A DNA stretch of 52,892 nt from Alphaproteobacteria bacterium. GTDB lineage: Bacteria; Pseudomonadota; Alphaproteobacteria; Rickettsiales; SXRF01. The DNA is taken from positions 1 through 52,892 of the forward strand of contig JAYULW010000007.1 of assembly GCA_043763155.1 (NCBI GenBank), given 5' to 3'. How positions within the stretch are numbered: the stretch's first letter is position 1; each line of letters starts with the position of its first letter. The notes below the pieces were generated by a model. It was not told the DNA's origin and ran no database searches. It saw only the letters and a program-made list of their open reading frames with translations. This document shows, piece by piece, positions 1 through 8,231 of this stretch. A program made the position numbers and the translations under genes.

Positions 1-510
1 AGCACCGACGGCAAAAACGCGGCCACGCCAGCCACGCCCGCAGCCTCCACGCCGCTGCAATCCACTAATAACCTCCAGCTGTCCCCCGCAGTCCTGTCCC
101 TGCTTCAGGGCAGCAGCGCCAGCAGCTCGCCAAACGGCCTTCTGTCTTCCCTCTTTGCCTCAGGCAATAGCAGCAGCAACGACATCACCTCCTCCCTATT
201 GGGCGGCTCGTCCTCTTCCTCCGGCAGCTCTGCAACCGACCTGCTATCCTCGCTGTTCAGCGGCGGCGGCTCCTCGTCATCGAGCGATATTTTCAGCGCG
301 CTCCTGCAACAAACCTCCACCAAAACCGCGCCCCTGCAGGATGCGGTTAACGCCACCCTCCAGTCGCAGGCGAACAACACCAGCCAGAACAGCCCCGTTC
401 AATCACTGATTAATAGCTTTAACACTGCTTCGAACGCTTATAACAAGGTGCTGATCCAAAACTCGCAGGCCGCCCTCTCCTCGGGAGAAACGCAGTCCCT
501 GACCGCCTAA
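1..510 (+). CDS. Ser/Gly-rich low-complexity protein, 5'-truncated by the window edge
   Basis: Frame 1 is open from base 1 (STDGKNAATPATPAASTPLQ...) to TAA 508-510; repeated D/G-[IL]-[LTF]-S-[SA]-L-[LF] blocks separated by poly-Ser linkers. Confidence 0.7.
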   Translation, partial: STDGKNAATPATPAASTPLQSTNNLQLSPAVLSLLQGSSASSSPNGLLSSLFASGNSSSNDITSSLLGGSSSSSGSSATDLLSSLFSGGGSSSSSDIFSALLQQTSTKTAPLQDAVNATLQSQANNTSQNSPVQSLINSFNTASNAYNKVLIQNSQAALSSGETQSLTA

Positions 511-1808
511 TCCCCTTCCGCCGAGGGATTTTCAAGACTATACGTTTCCTTATTATCGTCATAGGCGAACAATTCCGCATATCGTCCCCAGCTTGTCACC
601 GCAGCTAATGCCTCAATGGCATCTTCTTCCGCCATCAAATCTTCCAGCTGGGTTAAAAACCGTATGCGCGGCGCGGTATTGCCCGGCCTGCCCTGCAGCA
701 CCCGGTAAATATAGGCAGCCAGCGGCACATTCTGTATCAGCTGCTCGGCGAATATCTGCTTGCGGATATGCGTATCCGCATCCACGAACATCCGCCCCTG
801 CAGGCCAAGGCTGATATCGCCCTCCGCCACATCGGCAAATTTCAGCACCCGCAGCGCCTCCACCAGGTGCAGGATATCTTCCGTGCCCAACCCCAGCGAC
901 TGGTCAAGGTCGGGAATATCCGCCCTCCCGTTATAAGGCGCTGCCGCGAGCTCTTCCATCAGCCCCGCCAGCTGGTTCGGCGACACGCGCGGCAGCTTGT
1001 CATGCATGGTCATTTCAGCTGGTTTGGCCGCAATCCCCCGCTTGGTCATGCCAGAAGTCATCACCCGGTAAATCTGTTCCACCATCGCAGTAAAAGCTGG
1101 CGACTGGTGGTCGCGCGGGTGCGGCAGGTCGATTTTGATCTCCGCCGCGATGCTTCCGGGATTGGAATTAAAAATCACAATACGGTCGCACATCAGCACC
1201 ACTTCCTCGATGTTATGCGTCACCAGCAAAATCGACTTCAGCGGAATCTTCCGCTCCATCCACAATTCCAGCAAATCGGTTTTCAGCGTTTCCGCAGTCA
1301 GCACATCCAATGCTGAAAACGGCTCGTCCATCAGCAGGATGGTCGGGTTCACCACCAGTGCCCGTGCAAACCCCACGCGCTGCTTCATCCCCCCCGATAA
1401 TTCCCGCGGATAAGCCGACTCATACCCGTCCAGCCCGATCAGGTCGATGGCCTCCAGCGCGCGCTTGCGCATTTCCTTGTCGGGAACCCCCAGCGCCTCC
1501 AGCCCCAGCTCCACATTTTGCAGCACCGTAAGCCAAGGAAACAGCGCAAAAGTCTGGAAGACCATCGAGATCGTAAAACCCGCATCCGCCTTCGGCTTGC
1601 CGCTGAATGTCACCTCCCCCGCGCTGGGCTGGATCAGCCCCGCGATTACCCGCAACAGCGTGGATTTCCCCGAACCGGATTTTCCCAGCAACCCCACGAT
1701 TTCCCCTTCCTTCAGGGTGAAATTGACGTCGTCCAGTACCTTAAGCTCGCGCCCTTCCGCTTTCACGAAAGATTGGGTCACATGGTTCAGTTCCAGCAGC
1801 GCTTGCAT
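507..1808 (-). CDS. NitT/TauT-family ABC transporter ATP-binding protein with long C-terminal extension
   Basis: Walker A GKSGSGKS, signature LSGGMKQ, Walker B ILLMDEP, H-loop LVTHN; ~170-aa C-terminal extra domain typical of this subfamily. Confidence 0.92.
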   Translation of the reverse strand: MQALLELNHVTQSFVKAEGRELKVLDDVNFTLKEGEIVGLLGKSGSGKSTLLRVIAGLIQPSAGEVTFSGKPKADAGFTISMVFQTFALFPWLTVLQNVELGLEALGVPDKEMRKRALEAIDLIGLDGYESAYPRELSGGMKQRVGFARALVVNPTILLMDEPFSALDVLTAETLKTDLLELWMERKIPLKSILLVTHNIEEVVLMCDRIVIFNSNPGSIAAEIKIDLPHPRDHQSPAFTAMVEQIYRVMTSGMTKRGIAAKPAEMTMHDKLPRVSPNQLAGLMEELAAAPYNGRADIPDLDQSLGLGTEDILHLVEALRVLKFADVAEGDISLGLQGRMFVDADTHIRKQIFAEQLIQNVPLAAYIYRVLQGRPGNTAPRIRFLTQLEDLMAEEDAIEALAAVTSWGRYAELFAYDDNKETYSLENPSAEGD

Positions 1809-1919
1809 GGCCTATCCTTATAGTTGGGTTCTTAACGGCCCGGAGGTATTTTCAATATGTAATTTATACACGGCCGCCATCATACTCAACCCAGTAATAA
1901 CAGCAATCCGGTATTCATC

Positions 1920-2495
1920 GTGCGCGCCCATCTTCTTATCCTCCCGCTCCTTTGCCTAACAGCCTGCGAAAAAGTGGGGAAAAACCCTTGGGCGCATGTG
2001 GACTATGCCGAGGCAAATTGCGGCACCAAGGCCGCTGTCCTCACCACGACCGGCTGCAATGTCGCCCCCGCCGCAAACCCCGTCACCGCCGTCATCCCCG
2101 TTAAAAACGCCAACAACAATTCTGAAGACGAAATGTCGGCCCTCGATAACAACATCCGCGATAATAAAACCGATGTTTACGGCAGCAACGCAAATACCAC
2201 CGTCCACGGCACCAATGCCGATAATTCCGTTCATGGCACAGACAACAGCAACGACATCCACGGCAATAACGGCCATGCGAACGTCTGGAACGGCACCACC
2301 AATAATAACAGCACTACCACAGTCATTGGCAGCAACCTAGACAACTACCATACCAACACCGGGGTATACGGGCAGGATAACAACACCGGCAGCGTCTACG
2401 GCAATAATGCCAACGAAGGAAACAGCACCTCAACTGGGGTCAACGGCCCCGTCACCGGCGTCTACGGTGCGAACGGCACCAACAGCACCAAATAA
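1920..2495 (+). CDS. Lipoprotein with Asn/Gly/Thr-rich ~9-aa repeats
   Basis: GTG start, signal peptide ending in lipobox LTA-C; C-terminal half built of [VI]-[YHN]-G-x-N repeats. Confidence 0.75.
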   Translation: MRAHLLILPLLCLTACEKVGKNPWAHVDYAEANCGTKAAVLTTTGCNVAPAANPVTAVIPVKNANNNSEDEMSALDNNIRDNKTDVYGSNANTTVHGTNADNSVHGTDNSNDIHGNNGHANVWNGTTNNNSTTTVIGSNLDNYHTNTGVYGQDNNTGSVYGNNANEGNSTSTGVNGPVTGVYGANGTNSTK

Positions 2496-4256
2496 TCAGT
2501 CCAGCCGCAGCTTCTTAGCCGAAAGCACGTAAAGCGGCCGCCACACGAATTTGTTGAACATCACCACCGTAAGCGACATCGCGCTTACCCCCAGCACGAT
2601 ATGCGTAATATCCCCGGCCTCCGTCATATGCGCGATATACGCCCCCAGCCCGCGCGCGGAATAGCTTTGCTTGCCCCAGCTCACCGCCTCAGAAACAATG
2701 CTCGCGTTCCACGCCCCGCCCGAAGCCGTAAGCGCCCCCGTCAGGTAATAAGGGAAAATGCCCGGCAACATCACCTTGCGCCACCACAGCCAGCCGCTGA
2801 TTTTCAGGTTTTGCGCCGCTTCCATCAAATCATTGGGGAAGGTCGATGCCCCGGCGATGATGTTGAACAGAATATACCATTGCGTGCCCAGGATCATCAA
2901 CGGGCTGAGCCAGATATCCGGGTTGAGCTGGTAATGGCTGATGCCCATCACCGCCAGCGGAAAAATCAAATTGGCCGGAAACGCGGAAAGGAACTGCGCC
3001 AGCGGCTGCACCACTTTCGCAAGCCCCGGCCTCAGGCCGATATACACTCCCAGCGGCACCCATATCACCGAAGCGATGATAATCAGCACCACCACCCGAA
3101 GCAGTGTAATTCCCGCCAGCATCGCCACTTCTATCATGTCCTCCACCGTCACCGAGGTGAACAGGAACATCAGCATATGCCAGCCCGCTACCAGCCCGAC
3201 CACGCCAAGTAAGAACCCCCACACATAGTCCAGCACCCATGCCTGCCGGTTGCTCATATACAGCGGCTGCGCTGTAGCTTTGAACAGCCGTATGCGCAGG
3301 CAATAATGGCTCATCATCCGTATCGGCGAAAACACTTTCCTCACCAGCCGGCTCTTCGAAAACAGCGACAGCACCCAGCTCTTCGGCGCATTCTGGCTCG
3401 CCGTCATTTCATAGCGGAACTTATCCGACCATGCCACCAGCGGCCTGAACAGCAACTGGTCGTAAAGCAGGATCACCAGCGTCATTGTCGCAATCGCCCA
3501 GATGATAGCGTGCATGTTCTGCTCCGAAATCGCCAGCGCGATGTAAGATCCGATCCCCGGCAGCGCAATATGCTGCTCCCCTACCGTGATCGCCTCTGAA
3601 GCCACCACGAAAAACCACCCCCCCGACATGGAAACCATCATGTTCCAGATCAGTCCCGGCATGGCAAAGGGCAATTCCATCTTCCAGAATTTCTGCCAGC
3701 CCGAAAGCTTGAACACCACCGCCGCCTCGTTCATGTCATGCGGAATGGATTGCAGCGACTGGTACATGGAAAACGTCATGTTCCACGCCTGCGAGGTAAA
3801 AATGGCGAATATCGCCGCCGCCTCAACCCCCAGCGTATTCCCCGGAAACAGCGCCAGGAACCCCGCAATGGTAAAGGAAATATACCCCAGCACCGGCACC
3901 GACTGCAAAATATCCAGCAGCGGAATGAGGATTTGCCCCGCCTTGCGGCTTTTGGCCGCCAGCGTTGCGTAAAACAGCGTAAACAGCAGCGAGGCCAGCA
4001 CCGCGATCAGCATCCGAAGCGTCGTGCGCAGCGCGTAACCGGGCAGGTTGCTGATATCCAGGCTGATTGGGCTCAGCTCCAGCTCCCCGATTGGAGCGGA
4101 CATTTCCCCCACCCCGAACGACACCAGCACCAGGAACGCCGAAACCATAAGGAAAGCCACCGCATCGAACCAGAACCGCCGCGCAGGCGCGGGTAATGCC
4201 ACGCCGCTGCCGGCGAGGCTGGGGAAAATGCGCTGCGGAAGGGATGTGAACTGCAT
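2496..4256 (-). CDS. NitT/TauT-family ABC transporter permease (two fused TM modules)
   Basis: ~12 hydrophobic segments, two EAA-like loops (DMNEAAVVFKLSG, DLMEAAQNLKISG); start placed at ATG 4256 rather than the ORF-track 4313. Confidence 0.9.
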   Translation of the reverse strand: MQFTSLPQRIFPSLAGSGVALPAPARRFWFDAVAFLMVSAFLVLVSFGVGEMSAPIGELELSPISLDISNLPGYALRTTLRMLIAVLASLLFTLFYATLAAKSRKAGQILIPLLDILQSVPVLGYISFTIAGFLALFPGNTLGVEAAAIFAIFTSQAWNMTFSMYQSLQSIPHDMNEAAVVFKLSGWQKFWKMELPFAMPGLIWNMMVSMSGGWFFVVASEAITVGEQHIALPGIGSYIALAISEQNMHAIIWAIATMTLVILLYDQLLFRPLVAWSDKFRYEMTASQNAPKSWVLSLFSKSRLVRKVFSPIRMMSHYCLRIRLFKATAQPLYMSNRQAWVLDYVWGFLLGVVGLVAGWHMLMFLFTSVTVEDMIEVAMLAGITLLRVVVLIIIASVIWVPLGVYIGLRPGLAKVVQPLAQFLSAFPANLIFPLAVMGISHYQLNPDIWLSPLMILGTQWYILFNIIAGASTFPNDLMEAAQNLKISGWLWWRKVMLPGIFPYYLTGALTASGGAWNASIVSEAVSWGKQSYSARGLGAYIAHMTEAGDITHIVLGVSAMSLTVVMFNKFVWRPLYVLSAKKLRLD

Positions 4257-4340
4257 AGGGGAAATTCCTCGGGGAAGCAGGCTGGGACTGCACGCGCAAG
4301 CCCGGTAATCCACGGCCTTTTATTGTGAACAAAGACGTGT

Positions 4341-4369
4341 TTGTCAATCCCGTAATTCTTTGCTACACA
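4341..4369 (+). promoter_or_regulatory. sigma70-type promoter of the CDF transporter gene
   Basis: TTGTCA-17bp-TACACA with GCTACAC alphaproteobacterial -10 context; ATG 6 nt downstream. Confidence 0.55.
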
Positions 4370-4375
4370 AGCAGA

Positions 4376-5320
4376 ATGAACACACATGCCGACCACGCCC
4401 ACGCCCACGACCCCTCCCAGCTCGGCTTCAGCCGTGCTTTCGGCATCGGCATCGGCCTGAATACCGCCTTCATCATCGCCGAAGTCATCTACGGCCTCAA
4501 GGCCGACTCACTGGCCCTGCTGGCCGATGCCGGGCACAACGCCAGCGACGTCCTCGGCCTCTGCATGGCATGGGGCGCCATGATCCTCGCCCGTCGCCAC
4601 CCTTCCGAGCGCTTCACCTATGGCCTGCAAAGCGCCTCCATCATGGCCGCTTTCGCTAATGCCATCATCCTCATGCTCGCCCTCGGCGGCATCGGCCTTG
4701 AAGCTGTCCATCGTTTTGCCAACCCCGAATCCCCCGCGGCAGGCATCGTCATGTGGGTGGCAGGCGCAGGCATCGTCGTAAACGGCGTTACCGCATGGCT
4801 TTTCCATGGCGACAGCCACGACCTCAACATCCGCGGCGCGTTCCTGCACATGGCCGCAGATGCCGCCGTATCGCTGGGCGTGGTCATTTCCGCCTTCGTC
4901 ATGGCCAGAACCGGCTGGCTCTGGCTCGACCCCGCTGTCTCGCTCGGCATCGTCTTCGTCATCGCCATCGGCACGTGGAAATTGTTCAACGACTCCCTGA
5001 AACTCATGCTGCAAGCCGTGCCCGGCCACATCGACCTGCCGCAGGTGCGCGACTATCTCGCCAGCCATAACAAGGTCAAAGAGGTGCACGACCTGCATAT
5101 CTGGGCCATAAGCACCACCGGCATCGCGCTTTCCGCCCATCTCGTCATGCCCGACGGCCATCCCGGAGACCATTTCCTGCATGAGCTGCGCGAGGCCCTC
5201 GCCCACCGCTACAAGATCAACCACGCCACAATCCAGATTGAAATGGGCGACGCCACCGACGAATCCCATCAGGAATGCGACGACCACGCCCACTCCCATC
5301 ATCACCATGCCCACGCCTGA
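4376..5320 (+). CDS. czcD: Cation diffusion facilitator (Zn/Co/Cd efflux, CzcD/ZitB family)
   Basis: His-rich N- and C-termini, metal site motifs DAGHNASD and FLHMAAD, C-terminal VHDLHIW. Confidence 0.9.
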   Translation: MNTHADHAHAHDPSQLGFSRAFGIGIGLNTAFIIAEVIYGLKADSLALLADAGHNASDVLGLCMAWGAMILARRHPSERFTYGLQSASIMAAFANAIILMLALGGIGLEAVHRFANPESPAAGIVMWVAGAGIVVNGVTAWLFHGDSHDLNIRGAFLHMAADAAVSLGVVISAFVMARTGWLWLDPAVSLGIVFVIAIGTWKLFNDSLKLMLQAVPGHIDLPQVRDYLASHNKVKEVHDLHIWAISTTGIALSAHLVMPDGHPGDHFLHELREALAHRYKINHATIQIEMGDATDESHQECDDHAHSHHHHAHA

Positions 5321-5343
5321 GCACACACGATAAGCACCCCAGA

Positions 5344-6381
5344 ATGGAAGCCTCTCCTAAACCCATGAATATCCTCATCCTCGGCGCGGGCGGCTTTATC
5401 GGCAGCAATCTTATTGCCCATATCCTAAAGCACCGTGACTGGCACATTCACGCCCTCGACCTGCACGGCGATAAGCTTGCCCAGCATTTTCCCCACCCCA
5501 ACCTGCATTTCAAACAAGGCGACATGCGCGGCAGCCATGCGTGGATTGAAGAACAGGTAAAGGCCTGCGACATCGTCCTGCCCCTCGCCGCCATTGCCAG
5601 CCCCGCCACCTACGTGCAAAACCCGCTATCCGTGTTCGAGCTGGATTTCGAGTGCAACCTCGACATCGTCCGCCTCTGCGTGCGCCACAACACCCGCATC
5701 ATCTTCCCCTCCACCTCGGAGGTGTATGGTATGCAGGCAGGCCAGCCCTGCAACGAAGAAACCAGCAACTGCATCACCGGCCCCATCCATAAGGAACGCT
5801 GGATCTACTCCTCCTCCAAGCAGCTCATGGATCGCGTGATCTACGCCTACGGCGTCCACCACAACCTGCCCTACACGCTTTTCCGCCCTTTCAACTGGTA
5901 CGGCCCCGGCTTGGACAATGTCTGGGAAAACGCCCCCTCAAACCGCGTCATCGCCACCTTCCTGCACAGCCTCCTCCACCGCCGCGACATCACCCTCATC
6001 AACGGCGGCGCGCAAAAACGCTGCTTCCTCTATATCGAAGACGCGCTCGAAGCCATGATGCGTATCATCGAAAATAAGGATGGCGCGGCAACCAACGCCA
6101 TCTTCAATATCGGCCACCCCGGCGGTGAAGCCAGCATCCGCGGCCTTGCCGAAACCATGCTGGAACTGGTAGCAGGGCAACCCGGCTATTCCAATATCCG
6201 CAATGAAATCAAAATCACCTCCACCCCCGGCGGCGACTTCTATGGCGCAGGCTATCAGGACATAAACACCCGCATCCCCGATATTAGCCACGCTATCGAA
6301 AAACTGGGCTGGCAGCCCACCACCAGCCTGCAGGACGGCCTCGTCAAAACTATCCGCTACTATCTCGACCAGAAACGCTAA
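5344..6381 (+). CDS. Stand-alone ArnA C-terminal-like NAD-dependent UDP-glucuronate decarboxylase/epimerase
   Basis: GAGGFIG Rossmann motif, FPSTSEVYG, RWIYSSSKQL (YxxxK), FRPFNW; start 5344 or 5365. Confidence 0.85.
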   Translation: MEASPKPMNILILGAGGFIGSNLIAHILKHRDWHIHALDLHGDKLAQHFPHPNLHFKQGDMRGSHAWIEEQVKACDIVLPLAAIASPATYVQNPLSVFELDFECNLDIVRLCVRHNTRIIFPSTSEVYGMQAGQPCNEETSNCITGPIHKERWIYSSSKQLMDRVIYAYGVHHNLPYTLFRPFNWYGPGLDNVWENAPSNRVIATFLHSLLHRRDITLINGGAQKRCFLYIEDALEAMMRIIENKDGAATNAIFNIGHPGGEASIRGLAETMLELVAGQPGYSNIRNEIKITSTPGGDFYGAGYQDINTRIPDISHAIEKLGWQPTTSLQDGLVKTIRYYLDQKR

Positions 6382-7070
6382 TCGCCCATCACCCGGGTGA
6401 GCATACTGTCCAGCAGCAGCGTCAGCGTTTCGCAATGCGCCTTGCCTTCCAGCAGGCTTTTCCTGTCCTGCACCCCGGCTGCGGGCTCTTTCAGTTCCTT
6501 GCCGCAATAATCTAGCATGGTATCCACATCTTCCGCCCGCATTTCAAGGTGGAACTGCAACCCCAGCACCTGCCTTTTCCATGAAAACGCCTGCATTTCG
6601 CACGCTTCGGAGCGGATCATGTGTTCCGCGCCCTCCGGCAGCGAGAAACAATCGCCATGCCAGTGCAGCACCGGCAGCGTGTCCGGCATATCCCATAACA
6701 GGTCAAAAAACCCCGGCATCTTGAACACGGGATACCAGCCGATTTCCTTCTGCGCCATTGGCTTCACCTCCGCGCCCAACACCTGTGCCAGCAGCTGCGC
6801 CCCAAGGCAAATCCCCACTACCCGCTTGCCCACATCAACACAGGCCTTAAGAAACGCCTTCTCCTCGGCAAGCCATGCATAAGCCGCCTCGTCATGCACC
6901 CCCATCGGGCCGCCCATCACCACCAGCCCGTCAAATGCGTCCAGCGCGGGCAATGCCCAGCCCGCCTCGTAAAATTTAGTTGTGGTCATGGAATACTGGT
7001 GCCGCTCCACCCAGCCAGCGATGCTGCCCGGCCCCTCAAAAATCACATGCTGGAGAACATGCAGCCTCAT
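6378..7070 (-). CDS. Class I glutamine amidotransferase (GMP-synthase-like, stand-alone)
   Basis: GGPMG oxyanion motif, nucleophile GICLGAQ, QFHLE His-x-Glu. Confidence 0.9.
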   Translation of the reverse strand: MRLHVLQHVIFEGPGSIAGWVERHQYSMTTTKFYEAGWALPALDAFDGLVVMGGPMGVHDEAAYAWLAEEKAFLKACVDVGKRVVGICLGAQLLAQVLGAEVKPMAQKEIGWYPVFKMPGFFDLLWDMPDTLPVLHWHGDCFSLPEGAEHMIRSEACEMQAFSWKRQVLGLQFHLEMRAEDVDTMLDYCGKELKEPAAGVQDRKSLLEGKAHCETLTLLLDSMLTRVMGD

Positions 7071-8134
7071 CCCGTAGCGGCGCCGCTGCGTTTAAGCGCC
7101 ATCTCCACCGGCTCGGGTGCGGAGAATAAATACCCCTGGAACAGATCCACGCCCAGTGTCTTCAGCGCGGTAAAAATTTCTTCCGTCTCCACGCCCTCGG
7201 CAATCACCGTGCCGCCCGCGCCATGCACCATCTCCACAATGGTGCGGATCGTATCGCGCGTAACCCCCGTGGCCACGTCGCGCACCAGGTGCATGTCGAT
7301 CTTTACGAAATCAGGCCGCACCTCGCCAATCATTTTCTGCGCCACATCTACCGAGGCCACGTCGTCCAGCGCCACCGAATAGCCGCGTGAGCGGCCATAT
7401 TCGCACACACTCTTGATATGCGCCATGTCGCGCGGCTTCTCCGCGTTCGTCAGGTCCAGCACAATATGCTTGGACACCACCCCGAACTGCTTCGCCGTCT
7501 CGCTCAAACCCTCAAGATACACCGCGGGCCGGTGAATAAAGCCCGGGAAGAAATTCACGAATAAAAACCCGTTGAACGCACTGGCCGCAAAGGTCTTGAT
7601 CGCCTCCACATGCAAATGCCGGTCGATCATATGCTCAATGCCCAGCGCCTTGCTCGCCGCCATGATCTGCATCCCGCCGATCACCTTGCCGTCGGCCATT
7701 TTCACCCGGGCGAAAGATTCGTACCCGAAAATGCGTTCCTTGCTGCTATGCACCGATTGCAAATAGCACACCACCCGGTTTTCCAGCAGCGCATCGCCCA
7801 GCCACAAGCTATCGGCAATGCCCTGCATCGCTTCCATGCTTTTGCAACTGGCTTCCTGCTTGTTGGCAGGCGCTCCATCACTGTAGCTCAGCGCCGCCTC
7901 AATCTTGTCCAGCGCCCCCATTTGCCGGAGCGCCCCGTAAATCCCGTCCCAGCTTTTTTTCCACTGCGTCCCTGTGCGCATCAGGAAACCGCCATTGCCG
8001 GGCATTGCGCCCAGCTGCGTCAGCGCCGAGCCGAGCGTGGAAGAAACATCGCCATCCACGCCATAAAAACAAAGCCAGTAATGCTCACCCTGATGCAATG
8101 GCAGATGGAAGGTTTTGACCGGGGAGCCAGACAT
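7067..8134 (-). CDS. EAL-domain protein with partly degenerate motifs
   Basis: GYESFAR, FVNF, ALDD, VKID, IAEGVET, FQGYLF; ATGA overlap with the downstream GATase gene. Confidence 0.85.
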   Translation of the reverse strand: MSGSPVKTFHLPLHQGEHYWLCFYGVDGDVSSTLGSALTQLGAMPGNGGFLMRTGTQWKKSWDGIYGALRQMGALDKIEAALSYSDGAPANKQEASCKSMEAMQGIADSLWLGDALLENRVVCYLQSVHSSKERIFGYESFARVKMADGKVIGGMQIMAASKALGIEHMIDRHLHVEAIKTFAASAFNGFLFVNFFPGFIHRPAVYLEGLSETAKQFGVVSKHIVLDLTNAEKPRDMAHIKSVCEYGRSRGYSVALDDVASVDVAQKMIGEVRPDFVKIDMHLVRDVATGVTRDTIRTIVEMVHGAGGTVIAEGVETEEIFTALKTLGVDLFQGYLFSAPEPVEMALKRSGAATG

Positions 8135-8192
8135 AGGAAGCCTATGGAAATGCGGATGAATAAAGCGCCACCATTAAGTCTAGGCCGCTTTA

Positions 8193-8208
8193 GTTACTTT
8201 TTTCTTAA
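8193..8208 (-). promoter_or_regulatory. Candidate CtrA box upstream of the EAL gene
   Basis: Minus strand TTAA-N7-GTAAC, one mismatch from TTAA-N7-TTAAC. Confidence 0.4.
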
Positions 8209-8231
8209 AACCCGACGTCCCACATTGAGAA

